Below, piece by piece: positions 1-9,519 of a DNA stretch of 64,000 nt. The stretch is from the NCBI GenBank assembly GCA_031458695.1, contig JAVKJW010000004.1:1-64000 (forward strand), in the 5' to 3' direction. This DNA is from Candidatus Thermofontivivens primus (GTDB lineage Bacteria; Sysuimicrobiota; Sysuimicrobiia; Sysuimicrobiales; Thermofontiviventaceae). A program made the translations under genes and the position numbers. Below the pieces are notes generated by a model. The model saw only the letters and a list, made by a program, of their open reading frames with translations, did no database searches and was not told the origin of the DNA. Each line of letters begins with the position of its first letter. Positions within the stretch are counted from its first letter, which is position 1.

Positions 1-197
1 TCCACGAGGACCCGGATGCCATTGGCCTCAATCACCTGGTCATCCTCCCGGCGCTCGCGATCAAAAGCCATCCCGTAGGTGAATCCCTCACATCCCCCCT
101 TGGCCACGTACAGGCGGAGGCAGAGGTCTTGTTCTTGTTGTTCAGCGAGAATCTCCTGGATCTTCCTCGCAGCGCGCTCTGTGATCGCAATCACCAT
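1..197 (-). CDS. HesB/IscA/ErpA family iron-sulfur cluster carrier protein (3' end beyond window)
   Basis: Not in the ORF track. Manual translation gives MVIAITERAARKIQEILAEQQEQDLCLRLYVAKGGCEGFTYGMAFD...DDQVIEANGIRVLV, with the A-type carrier GGC-G-Y motif and a GGAGGTGA RBS upstream. Confidence 0.9.
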   Translation of the reverse strand, partial: MVIAITERAARKIQEILAEQQEQDLCLRLYVAKGGCEGFTYGMAFDRERREDDQVIEANGIRVLV

Positions 198-318
198 TTC
201 ACCTCCCCTGAGGGCGCACGCTAGAAACTATAAAGATAGTATATCGCAAACTTTCCTTTGTCAAGCGAGGGGCTGCACTTCATCCTCTCTCACAGGTGGC
301 GGGGGGTCTCCTCCCAGA

Positions 319-669
319 TCAGGAGGTCTTGCTTGGTGGCTCGGGGAAGGGAATCAGGCCAACCTCCCTCCGGCCTGGGGACGGGCGGGATTGGGGGATC
401 CGGGGATGGTGGAGGATATTCAAGTCCAGCGCCTTCCCGCAGGTACAGGTCAACATCTGCTGCTCGGCCGCATTCACCCACACGTTTCCGGAAGCGATCG
501 CCCGGTTCCTGGCAGCCTCGATGGCCCCAGAACGAAGCTCCGCTTCATCCTCGCGCTCCCCTTGCTCCTTTGTCCCTGTTCCACTCAGCTCGTAGAGGAG
601 CGCTTTTGGATAGTAGACGCTGTACCGCTTGCCGCACCGGCCACAGGGAAATGTCAGCACAAGAGCCAT
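319..669 (-). CDS. hypothetical protein with CxxC...CxC (possible zinc ribbon)
   Basis: 3' part of ORF 319..897. Likely start is MALVLTFPCGRCGKRY, with a second Cys pair at LTCTCGK. Start uncertain. Confidence 0.55.
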   Translation of the reverse strand: MALVLTFPCGRCGKRYSVYYPKALLYELSGTGTKEQGEREDEAELRSGAIEAARNRAIASGNVWVNAAEQQMLTCTCGKALDLNILHHPRIPQSRPSPGRREVGLIPFPEPPSKTS

Positions 670-820
670 GGTCCCACCTGGGGACATTGTAGTGGGCCCA
701 CTGTCTTCCGTCAACATCAACCTCTGCCCACCTTCCCTGGAAGAACCAAGGAGCCTCTGGCTACTCCCTCGTGGAGCCGCTATATTGGGAAAAAAGAGAC
801 CATTCTGAGGAGGAAGCGCA

Positions 821-1741
821 ATGCGCATCGTTTCCCTGCTCCCCAGTGCAACGGAGATCGTCTGCGCTCTGGGTCTAGCCAACGACCTTGTGGGCATCTC
901 CCATGACTGCGATTACCCACCGGAGATCTTGGGGAAACCTGTTCTCAGCGGGGCGGTCGTGGATCCCGCCCTGCCAAGCGAACAGATCGACGCTGCAATC
1001 CGCAACCAGGTTCATCGCGGAATGAGCGTCTACCACCTCGATGCAGGACTGCTCCAGGCGCTTCGTCCTGACCTGATCCTCACCCAGGAGCTTTGCACTG
1101 TCTGCGCCCCCTCCTTCACCGAAGTCGTCCAGGCAGCAAAGATCCTTGATGCCCAGCCAAGAATCGTCTCCCTCGAGCCCAACACGCTGGAGGAGATCCT
1201 CCAGACGATCCTCCTGGTCGGGGAACTCACGGGGAGGAGGAGACCTGCAGAGAGCCTGGTGGCAGAGCTCCGGGGACGCATCGACCGCGTCTGTAGGGCG
1301 GAGTGGAAGGAACGGCCGCGCGTGGCCTGCATCGAATGGTTAGACCCGGTGTTCATCGCAGGGCACTGGGTACCGGAGATGGTGGAACTCGCCGGAGGGA
1401 GAGATGGCTTGGGCCGAGCCGGAAAGCCGTCATTCCCCATCGACTGGGACATGCTCATAGATTACCGGCCCGAGGTAATCGTTCTCATGCCCTGTGGCTT
1501 TCACGTAGAGCGTGCGTTGCGTGAATTGGGCGCGCTGGAGCGCCTTCCGGGGTGGGAGGATCTCCCAGCGGTGCGCAACGGGCGCGTCTACGCCACCGAT
1601 GCTTCTTCCTATTTCAACAGGCCTGGCCCGCGCATCGTCACAGGCCTGGAGATCCTCGCAACGATCCTCCACCCAGCTCAGCCCTTCTTTTCCACACCCA
1701 AGGGCTCCTGGCAACGGATAGAGCATGAGAAAGGAGAATGA
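821..1741 (+). CDS. BtuF/cobalamin-iron-siderophore-type substrate-binding protein
   Basis: MRIVSLLPSATEIV, SHDCDYP, PDLILTQELC.VCA, AGHWVPEMV and FNRPGPR motifs; GAGGAGG RBS; no signal peptide visible. Confidence 0.85.
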   Translation: MRIVSLLPSATEIVCALGLANDLVGISHDCDYPPEILGKPVLSGAVVDPALPSEQIDAAIRNQVHRGMSVYHLDAGLLQALRPDLILTQELCTVCAPSFTEVVQAAKILDAQPRIVSLEPNTLEEILQTILLVGELTGRRRPAESLVAELRGRIDRVCRAEWKERPRVACIEWLDPVFIAGHWVPEMVELAGGRDGLGRAGKPSFPIDWDMLIDYRPEVIVLMPCGFHVERALRELGALERLPGWEDLPAVRNGRVYATDASSYFNRPGPRIVTGLEILATILHPAQPFFSTPKGSWQRIEHEKGE

Positions 1742-1786
1742 AGTCCTGGGAGGTCTTGACGGGAGAGAAGCGACGGCCCGATGGCG

Positions 1787-2674
1787 CTATAAGCCGTACC
1801 GCGCGACGTTTGCGTCCGCTATCGCCTGGATCTCCGCAATCGCTTTACGCCCCTCCTCACTTGTGAACAGGTGGGCGAAGCGGCTCTGGTGTTTGAGGTA
1901 CTCCTCCACGGGCAGGCGTTTGGGCAGCTTCCGCACTCCAGTGACGACGCCGTCCTCGATCTCTACGAGCGGGAAAAGGCCCGTCTGCACGGCGAGCTGA
2001 GCAATCTCCACGGTCTTCTCAGGTTCAAACCCCCACCCCAACGGACAGGGGGCGTGGATGTGCAGGTATCGCGGGCCCCTCCGCCCCATGGCCTTTTGCA
2101 CCTTACGCTCCAGGTCCTTGGGGTAGCCAATCGAAGCGGTGGCCGCGTATCCCACCCCATGGGCAACGGCGATGCTGAGCATGTCCTTCTTGGGGCGGAC
2201 GTTCCCTAGCCTCACCCTTCCGGCAGGGGAGGTAGTCGTCCGAGCATAGGGGGGCGTCAGTCCGCTGCGCTGGACGCCGGTATTCATATAAGCCTCATTG
2301 TCGTAGCAGATGTACAGGACATCGTCGCCCCGCTCGAACATCCCCGAGAGCGCCTGGAGCCCAATGTCTGCGGTCCCCCCATCCCCTCCCAGGGCGATCA
2401 CTCGCACTTCCCCTCGCCCGAGGGCTCGGAGCGCTGCGGAAATCCCCGAGGCAACAGCTGCGGTGTTCTCGAACAAGGAATGGATCCATGGGACCGCCCA
2501 GGAAGAGTAGGGATAGGCGGTACTGAAAACCTCCAGGCACCCTGTGGCGTTGGCCACGATGAAGGGAACCTCCACCCGCTCAAGGGCAAGCCGTACGCCG
2601 AGGGCCTGCCCGCACCCCTGGCAAGCCCTGTGCCCAGGTGTCAGCACCCGTAACCTGAGCTTCTCGCCCGGCAT
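1787..2674 (-). CDS. porB: pyruvate/2-oxoacid:ferredoxin oxidoreductase beta subunit
   Basis: [15 protein letters not shown], ThDP motif GGDGG...[16 protein letters not shown]. Confidence 0.92.
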   Translation of the reverse strand: MPGEKLRLRVLTPGHRACQGCGQALGVRLALERVEVPFIVANATGCLEVFSTAYPYSSWAVPWIHSLFENTAAVASGISAALRALGRGEVRVIALGGDGGTADIGLQALSGMFERGDDVLYICYDNEAYMNTGVQRSGLTPPYARTTTSPAGRVRLGNVRPKKDMLSIAVAHGVGYAATASIGYPKDLERKVQKAMGRRGPRYLHIHAPCPLGWGFEPEKTVEIAQLAVQTGLFPLVEIEDGVVTGVRKLPKRLPVEEYLKHQSRFAHLFTSEEGRKAIAEIQAIADANVARYGL

Positions 2675-2741
2675 CGACCCTCACCGCCTTAGGGGCCCTG
2701 GCAAATGTCTGCGATGCTCGCAGGACCCCCTTTGAACCATC

Positions 2742-3917
2742 TCAAGAAGTTCCTTCCCTCGCCAACAACCTCTGGTCGAGGCCAAGGAAAACCGGCCCGC
2801 GCTCCCCTTGCAACACCGCCTGCGCAACCTCCTCGATCTGCGCCACAGTCACGTCCCTCCCCCCGAGGCCGGCGATGACGCTTATGATCTCTGCCCGGCG
2901 ATCCCTCTCGTAGAATGCTGCTCTCATCTCGTTCGCCAGGATCCCTCCGCTCCCCATGGAAAGGGCCTTCTCCAGGACGATGAACCGAGGCGTCCCTCGC
3001 AGGGCCGAGGCGATCGCTTCGCCCGGGAAGGGGCGGAAGCACGTGACCTTGAGGACACCGGCCCTGATCCCCCGATGGCGTAGGCTCTCTGCAGCCTCCC
3101 GGATCGTCCCAAGAACGGACCCCATGGCGACGAAGACGATCTCTGCATCTTCCGGAGCATCCACAGAGATCAGACCTCCGCTGGAACGCCCAAACCTCTC
3201 CTGGAACTCCCTCTGGACCTGGAGAATGACCTCTTTGCTCCCCAGTACTGCCTCGTTGAGGGCATAGCGTGCCTCCATGTAGACGTGAGGTTCGGCGAGC
3301 ATCCCGAGGGTCAGAGGGTGGTCGGGGTCCAAGCGCACCTTGGGCTCAAAAGGAGGTAGGAAGGCATCCACCTCCTCTTGATCAGGGAGATCTACGGGCT
3401 CGTAGGCGTGCGTGAGCACGAAGCCATCCACATTCACCATCACAGGTAGTCTCGTGAGTTCGGCGATCCGATACGCCTGGATGTGCAAGTCCACGGCCTC
3501 CTGGTTGTCCTCGGCGAAGAGCTGGATCCACCCACTGTCCCGGACGGCCATCGCGTCCTGGTGATCGTTCCAAATGTTGATGGGGCTGGATACGGCACGG
3601 TTGGCACACGTCAGGACCACAGGAAGGCGGAGGCCTGCAATGTTGTACAGGACCTCGGCCATGAGGAGCAACCCTTGACTGCTCGTGGCTGTGTAGGCCC
3701 GTACCCCCGTGGCCACGGCGCCGAGGACCACCGACGCTGCAGAGTGTTCGCTCTCCACGTTCACGACCTCCGCATCCAGCTCCCCATCGGCGGCAAGTCG
3801 CGCCAGGTGCTCCACGATGTGCGTCTGGGGGGTGATGGGATAGGCAGAGATCACGCGGGGGCGGCAACGTCGCACCGCTTCTGCGATAGCTACCGATCCC
3901 TCAAGTACCGTCCACAT
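2742..3917 (-). CDS. porA: pyruvate/2-oxoacid:ferredoxin oxidoreductase alpha subunit
   Basis: AYPITPQT, VESEHSA, TATSSQGL, NRAVSSPINIWNDH. Confidence 0.93.
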   Translation of the reverse strand: MWTVLEGSVAIAEAVRRCRPRVISAYPITPQTHIVEHLARLAADGELDAEVVNVESEHSAASVVLGAVATGVRAYTATSSQGLLLMAEVLYNIAGLRLPVVLTCANRAVSSPINIWNDHQDAMAVRDSGWIQLFAEDNQEAVDLHIQAYRIAELTRLPVMVNVDGFVLTHAYEPVDLPDQEEVDAFLPPFEPKVRLDPDHPLTLGMLAEPHVYMEARYALNEAVLGSKEVILQVQREFQERFGRSSGGLISVDAPEDAEIVFVAMGSVLGTIREAAESLRHRGIRAGVLKVTCFRPFPGEAIASALRGTPRFIVLEKALSMGSGGILANEMRAAFYERDRRAEIISVIAGLGGRDVTVAQIEEVAQAVLQGERGPVFLGLDQRLLAREGTS

Positions 3918-3926
3918 CGCAACCCT

Positions 3927-4820
3927 CTAACGGGCGGCGGTCCTCTGCCGGTGCGTCTCTCGGACCATGACGATAGCGTCCGAAGGGCACACCGCAGCGC
4001 AAACCCCGCACCCCTTGCAGAAGTCCAGATCGGCCACGAACTCCCTCGGGCCGACCTGGCTCACAACACCATCTGGACAGTAGACCATGCAGAGCATGCA
4101 ACCGGTGCACTTCCCTGCATCGAATACAGGGACAAGGGTTCGCCACCCTGCTGTGGGGTAGGCCAGGCTCGTCGCAGGGGAACCCACGAGAGCTTCGGTG
4201 AGGACCAGCGCTGGGCCCGGACGGACCGGGGCAGGTGCTTCATCCGTTGCCCGTGGAGGCAGGCGGTAGCCTTCCAGCTCGCTTGCCCGCCTGTAGGCTT
4301 CCTCCACAGCCTGCCTGTTCAGTTCTCCCGCTTTTCCGGGGAAGCGGCGCTTCACCGCTTCGACAATGCTCTCGAGTTTAACCTTCCCTGTGATCGCCGC
4401 GTAGGCGCCGAGGATGGCGGTGTTGGGGATCGGCTTCCCAAGGAAGGCCTCTGCGATCTCGCTGGCAGGAACGGAATAGAGCAAGGCATCCCCGCTGAGG
4501 GGAAGATCCCTTGGGGTTCCAGTGGTGTTGACAATCACTACCCCTCCCGGTTTCAAGCCACTCATCACATCCACGGCGTGGAGGAGGGTATCGTCCAGAA
4601 CAAGCACCACATCCGGGGTATAGACTTGACTTCGGAGCTTGATCCGCTCCCGGGAGATACGAGCGAACGCTGCCACTGGTGCACCTGTGCGCTCCGCCCC
4701 GAAGGCTGGGAACGCCTGCACCCAAAACCCTTCCTGGAAGGCAGCGACGGCCAGAAGCTCGGCTGCCGTTACTGCCCCTTGCCCACCTCGCCCGTGGATG
4801 CGAACCTCGTGGATGGACAT
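3927..4820 (-). CDS. 2-oxoacid:ferredoxin oxidoreductase gamma subunit fused to delta (2[4Fe-4S]) subunit
   Basis: N-terminal HGRGGQGAVT and FGAERTGAP (gamma); C-terminal GWRT..P, CTGCMLCMVYCP and CKGCGVCAAVCP (delta). Confidence 0.9.
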   Translation of the reverse strand: MSIHEVRIHGRGGQGAVTAAELLAVAAFQEGFWVQAFPAFGAERTGAPVAAFARISRERIKLRSQVYTPDVVLVLDDTLLHAVDVMSGLKPGGVVIVNTTGTPRDLPLSGDALLYSVPASEIAEAFLGKPIPNTAILGAYAAITGKVKLESIVEAVKRRFPGKAGELNRQAVEEAYRRASELEGYRLPPRATDEAPAPVRPGPALVLTEALVGSPATSLAYPTAGWRTLVPVFDAGKCTGCMLCMVYCPDGVVSQVGPREFVADLDFCKGCGVCAAVCPSDAIVMVRETHRQRTAAR

Positions 4821-4944
4821 GACTCCACCTCTCATCATAACCTACCAGAGAGCCTAGGGCCATCGGGTCAAGGACCCATCTTCTCCCTCAATTATTGAAT
4901 CGATTGGAAGCAAAGAACCCATAGGAGGAACTGAGAGGAGGAGG

Positions 4945-5800
4945 TTATCCTTTGAGCGCGCCTGCGGTCAGACCGCTGATGAACCGGTCAATGAACAAGT
5001 TGTAGACGACGGCGATAGGGACGCTGGTAATGAGGCAGGCCGCCATGAGTGAACCCCAGTAAAACACGTCTCCCCGCACAAGGGCGACAGGAACCCCCAG
5101 GCTCACTGTCATCCTCCCCACCGAGCTGATGAAGGTGAGGGCATAGACGAACTCCTGCATCACCAGGGTGAACGCGAAGATGACCACGGTGAGGATGCCC
5201 GAGATTGCTAGGGGGAAGACCACCTTGAGGATGACGGAGAGACGGCTATACCCATCGATCATGGCCTGCTCCTCGAGATCCTTGGGGATCGACCGGAAGA
5301 AGCCCATCATCAGCCAAGTGCAGAACGGGATCGTGAACGTCGGGTAGACAAGCACCAGGGCCCAGGGAGAGTTCTGCAGCCCAAACACGGAGATCACCCT
5401 GGAGAAGGGGATAAACAGGAGCGTGGGGGGAATAAGATAGGTCAGGAAGATTCCAATGCCCATGCGCTCTCCCCATGCGCCTGTCAGCCTAGCGAGGCTG
5501 TACCCGGCGGGAACAGCGAAGACGACTGTGATCAGGACGACGGATGTAGACAGTGTTCCCCACCCACGTCAGGTAGGGTGTCCCTCCAAACAGGAGCTTC
5601 ACATGTTCCAGGGTCGGGGGGTCGTTGAAGATCCAGGGAATGTGTCGAAGATCGGTAGCCCCTACGTACAGGTCGCGGTTCTGTTTAAACGCCGTGAGGA
5701 ACATCCAGTAAAAGGGGAAGACAGCGAACACCGTGAAGGCGAGGGCGGAGAGGTAGAGGGCTCCCTGTTTCACAACCCGCGAAAGACGCCTGAGCCTCAT
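4945..5800 (-). pseudogene. carbohydrate ABC permease (MalG-like), frameshifted near 5542
   Basis: The N-half (MRLRRL...YLTWVGNTVYI) and the C-half (VVLITVVFAVPAGYSLARL...EEQAMIDG...) lie in different frames, joined at TAC ATC C GTC GTC. The ATG overlaps the upstream stop (ATGA). Confidence 0.8.
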
Positions 5801-6738
5801 ACGCCCACCTCCACCCTTCGCGCAAGCCGCAACATGGCCACAGCCACAATGACCAGAACGGGAAGGAGAAAGAGAGCGATGGCAGCTCCCTGCCCGAGGT
5901 CCGCTCCAAGGATCCCCCGCTGGAACGCCAAGCTGGCTAGGACATGTGTGCTGTTGTACGGTCCTCCCCGGGTGAGGAGCCAGACGATGCTCAGGTCGGT
6001 GGAGGTGAAAACCATCCCGAAGAGCACTGCCACGGCGACAATGGGCAGAAGGAGGGGAAGCTCGACCTGGAAGAGCTTGCGCCAGAACCCAGCCCCATCG
6101 ATCATCGCCTGCTCGCTCACATCTTGGGGGATGGCTGTCCTCCCAGCCAGGACGATCACCGTGGCAAAGGGGAACATGCGCCACACATGCACGGTGATGA
6201 TGGCAATCATGGCCAATGTCGGGTCTCCGAACCAGTAGAACCACCCTTTGAGAAGTCCTGCAACCTTCAGGGTCCAGTTCACGACGCTGAAGGTGGAATC
6301 GAAGATCCAGGTCCACGCCATGGCCGCGAGGGAGACCGGTGCAGCCCAAGGGAGAAGGATCAAGAAGCGAACGACCCGTTTCCCCACGAGGAGCGCGTCA
6401 ACGACGAGGGCTGCTGATGTCGCCAGCACGACGACAAGGACCTGGGAGACGACAGTGAATAGGACGGTGTTCTGGAGGGCCCGCCGGAACTGAGGGTCTG
6501 AGATCACGGCGGCGAAGTTCTGGAGCCCTGCCCATGAAAACGCGAGGGACCCACTCGTCGCCCTGCTGAAGCTCAGGAGGATAGCCAGGACGAAGGGAAC
6601 CCCGACGAGGAGGAGGACGTAGAGCAATGCAGGGGTGAGGAGAATGCGCCCGAGAAGATCCTCCCGATCAGCTACCGTTCGCCGGCGCAGCACCGGCGCT
6701 GCCGTCATCGTCTCCTGTGCTCCCTCAGGAAGCGCCAT
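5797..6738 (-). CDS. carbohydrate ABC permease (MalF-like)
   Basis: Multiple TM segments; EAA-like loop EQAMIDGAGFW. Confidence 0.9.
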   Translation of the reverse strand: MALPEGAQETMTAAPVLRRRTVADREDLLGRILLTPALLYVLLLVGVPFVLAILLSFSRATSGSLAFSWAGLQNFAAVISDPQFRRALQNTVLFTVVSQVLVVVLATSAALVVDALLVGKRVVRFLILLPWAAPVSLAAMAWTWIFDSTFSVVNWTLKVAGLLKGWFYWFGDPTLAMIAIITVHVWRMFPFATVIVLAGRTAIPQDVSEQAMIDGAGFWRKLFQVELPLLLPIVAVAVLFGMVFTSTDLSIVWLLTRGGPYNSTHVLASLAFQRGILGADLGQGAAIALFLLPVLVIVAVAMLRLARRVEVGV

Positions 6739-7765
6739 CTTCTCGCCTCAACCCCGTATGCCGATCGAAGTAGCGAAGCGCTGTACGTCGGACGGCGAAG
6801 TCGTAGACCTCGCCCTCGGTGAGTGGAGTTGTAATGGTGATCGGGATCGCGGCAATCACGGTCTGATCGGATCTCATGCGCTCCTCAAGGGAACCGTACA
6901 GGAGGCGGTCTGAACCGAGGTGCTCGATCTGGCGGACACGGAACCGGAAGGTCACCACATCCTCCCCTGGCCCGAAAACCTCTCCGGGAAGGAAGTTCTC
7001 CGGACGGAACCCCAAAAGCGTGTCGTGGTCCAGCTCGATGAGGTTCATCGGCGGGGAACCCAGGAAGGTCGCCACGAAGGTATCCGCTGGGTTATCGTAG
7101 ACCTCCTGAGGGGTGCCAATCTGTCGGATCTTCCCCTTGTTCATCACCGCGATCCTATCCCCCAGACCCATGGCTTCCACCTGATCGTGGGTAACGTAGA
7201 TAGTGGTTGTGCCGATGTGCCGCTGGAGCTGCTTTAGCTCGTAGCGCGCGATGGCCCGGAGCTGGGCGTCTAGGTTGGAGAGGGGTTCGTCGAGGAGGAA
7301 GACCTTGGGGTTGCGGACGACGGCACGAGCAAGGGCGACGCGCTGCCGCTCGCCACCCGAGAGCTGGCGGGGGAACCGGGAGAGCAAGTGATTGATCCCG
7401 AACATCCGAGCGCCCCACTCCACCCTCTCTTGGATCTGAGACCGTGCCATCCGCACCGCTTCCAAGGGGAAGGCGATGTTGCCGAACGCGGACTTGTGTG
7501 GGTAGAGGGCATAGCTCTGGAAGACCATGGCGATGCCCCTGGCACGCGGAGGGATATCTGGATCCATCCGTTCTCCGTCGATGTAGATCTCCCCCGAGGT
7601 GGGCTTCTCCAACCCGGCGATGAGGCGCATCAGCGTCGTCTTGCCGCATCCAGAAGGACCGAGGAGGACAAGCAGCTCTCCTTCTTCCACGGAGAGGTCC
7701 ACCCCGTTGACTGCCTCAACCTCTCCAAACTGCTTCACAAGTGCCTTCGTCTCCACGTACCCCAT
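6725..7765 (-). CDS. carbohydrate ABC transporter ATP-binding protein (MalK-like)
   Basis: GPSGCGKT, VFQSYALYPH, LSGGERQR, LLDEPLSNLD, YVTHDQ. Confidence 0.95.
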   Translation of the reverse strand: MGYVETKALVKQFGEVEAVNGVDLSVEEGELLVLLGPSGCGKTTLMRLIAGLEKPTSGEIYIDGERMDPDIPPRARGIAMVFQSYALYPHKSAFGNIAFPLEAVRMARSQIQERVEWGARMFGINHLLSRFPRQLSGGERQRVALARAVVRNPKVFLLDEPLSNLDAQLRAIARYELKQLQRHIGTTTIYVTHDQVEAMGLGDRIAVMNKGKIRQIGTPQEVYDNPADTFVATFLGSPPMNLIELDHDTLLGFRPENFLPGEVFGPGEDVVTFRFRVRQIEHLGSDRLLYGSLEERMRSDQTVIAAIPITITTPLTEGEVYDFAVRRTALRYFDRHTGLRREDGAS

Positions 7766-7776
7766 TTGATTCAGGA

Positions 7777-7827
7777 ACCCCCTCTGCAGGAGGGGGTGGC
7801 CTCCTCACCCATGAGGCGCACCCCCTC
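7777..7827 (-). other. intergenic stem-loop(s) between SBP and ATPase genes (mRNA stabiliser or partial terminator)
   Basis: ACCCCCTC/GAGGGGGT and GAGGGGGTG-GCCTC...GAGGC-GCACCCCCTC give overlapping alternative pairings. Confidence 0.5.
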
Positions 7828-7849
7828 ACTTTTTCACTTTCTCACCCCT

Positions 7850-9319
7850 TTACGGCCTGTCTCGCCCCCCGCCGACGAGGCCCCTCTGGCGCCACTTGTT
7901 GAAGATTTCCTTGCAGCGCCTGTGGCCTTCCTCCACAGCCTCCTTCGGCGTCAGCCGGCCTGTTGCTGCCTTCGCAAACATGTCAGGGATGACGAAGGTA
8001 TCGAAGATCTCCCCTTCCGCGGGGTTGGCCGGCCCAGGATAGCCGATGTTGGTGGACCACTGCTCGGCGTCCGCGAGCACCTTCAGCTTGTCGACGGGGT
8101 TGGACTTAAAGGGATCTTTGGTGACCGCAGCCCGGATCCACTTTCGGCCTTCCGCCGGCTTCTCCGCCACGGGCACGCTCTTGCTGGCAACCGATCCCAT
8201 GAACGAAGGGAAGTTATAGAGCTTACTGGCAATTACTGCGAGGCGGTAGTTGTCCACGAGGTAGAGGAGGAACTCCTTGGCCAGGTCCGGGCTCCTCGCG
8301 AACTTCCAGATCACCCAGACCCCCATGACGTGCTCGCTGGCCCACTGAGCCTTCGGCCCCTTCAGGGCTGGGACGAAGAAAATGTCATCGGCCACGGGGA
8401 GCCTGTTATCCTGTGCCGTTCGGTAGGCGGAGATGGAGTTGAGGATGTAGGAGGTCTGCCGGGCGTTCAGCGCCTGGTTGTTGGAGGCGGCATTCCAGCT
8501 CAGCACCGCTGGGTTCATCACCTCTCGGAACAGGCGCACACCGAACTCCACCGCACGGATGGTCTCCTCAGAGTTCAGGATCACGTTCTCCTCTTTGTCC
8601 TGAATGGAAGCGCCGAACGACCACAGGATCGCTCGAGTGGCCATGTTCGAGTCGATATCCTGAGAGAACCCGATACCAATGGGAATCTGGATCTCGGGGA
8701 ACCTCTTCTTGATCTCCCGACCAGCCTTGAGGAGATCGTCCCACGTCTGCGGGCCGTTGGGGTAGCCCACCGCCGTCCACACACTCTTCAGGTAGTCCCC
8801 GGGATCGGGAACCCAGTTGTCTGAAAACCCAAAGTACTTCTTCGTGTTGGGGTTGTACACGCTCTTGCGGACGAGTGGGACCATGGGGCCGTATCTTTTC
8901 TCGGCCTCCTGGTTGATGTCGGTCAGGTCCAGGACCTGCGGCTCGAACGCCGAGGGTGGGGAGAGGAAGAAGAACAGATCGTGCCCGCTCTGGGCTGCCA
9001 CCTCGGCGTTGGCACGGGGGACGATGTCCGCGAAGGAGATGTGATCCACCGTGACCTTCACACCCCGGCTCTCCCCCCACTTCTCTGCGAAGGGATCGAA
9101 CCATGTATCGAAAGCCGGGACGAAATGGCTCCACGTAATAATCCGCAACGTCCTCTGCTGGGCGAGGGCATAGTTGCGCACGAAGAAGTAAGGCATCGAC
9201 AGGGTTGCGGTAGTGACTGCAGCCCGCTTGAGGAACTCCCGCCGCGAGATCTTCTGGTTTGCCTCTCCTGGAGCCTGCCCCTTGGAGTCAACTGAGGTTG
9301 CTCTCTTCCCACTATCCAT
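7850..9319 (-). CDS. Tat-exported extracellular solute-binding protein (family 1)
   Basis: SRREFLK twin-arginine signal; WSHFVPAFD; first gene of the sugar ABC operon. Confidence 0.88.
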   Translation of the reverse strand: MDSGKRATSVDSKGQAPGEANQKISRREFLKRAAVTTATLSMPYFFVRNYALAQQRTLRIITWSHFVPAFDTWFDPFAEKWGESRGVKVTVDHISFADIVPRANAEVAAQSGHDLFFFLSPPSAFEPQVLDLTDINQEAEKRYGPMVPLVRKSVYNPNTKKYFGFSDNWVPDPGDYLKSVWTAVGYPNGPQTWDDLLKAGREIKKRFPEIQIPIGIGFSQDIDSNMATRAILWSFGASIQDKEENVILNSEETIRAVEFGVRLFREVMNPAVLSWNAASNNQALNARQTSYILNSISAYRTAQDNRLPVADDIFFVPALKGPKAQWASEHVMGVWVIWKFARSPDLAKEFLLYLVDNYRLAVIASKLYNFPSFMGSVASKSVPVAEKPAEGRKWIRAAVTKDPFKSNPVDKLKVLADAEQWSTNIGYPGPANPAEGEIFDTFVIPDMFAKAATGRLTPKEAVEEGHRRCKEIFNKWRQRGLVGGGRDRP

Positions 9320-9519
9320 GCGTGGTTACACCCCCCTTGCCATCGAGGAATTTTCTGAAAAACACGACGTCTGGCGGGAGGAATTCTTCAAGAACATAGA
9401 AATTCCTGCCACGGTGTACCCTCAATTCATAAATCTGGGGGTATTCTATCCCAGAATTCTTGCGAAGGATCAAGGATCTCCCATATGGCGGGGTCCTTCG
9501 GTCTACGGCAGGCTAGACA

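Noticed and set aside
670..820. Cobalamin riboswitch upstream of the BtuF-like gene
   Set aside because: No recognisable B12-box or conserved core in the correct orientation, and the spacer is short.
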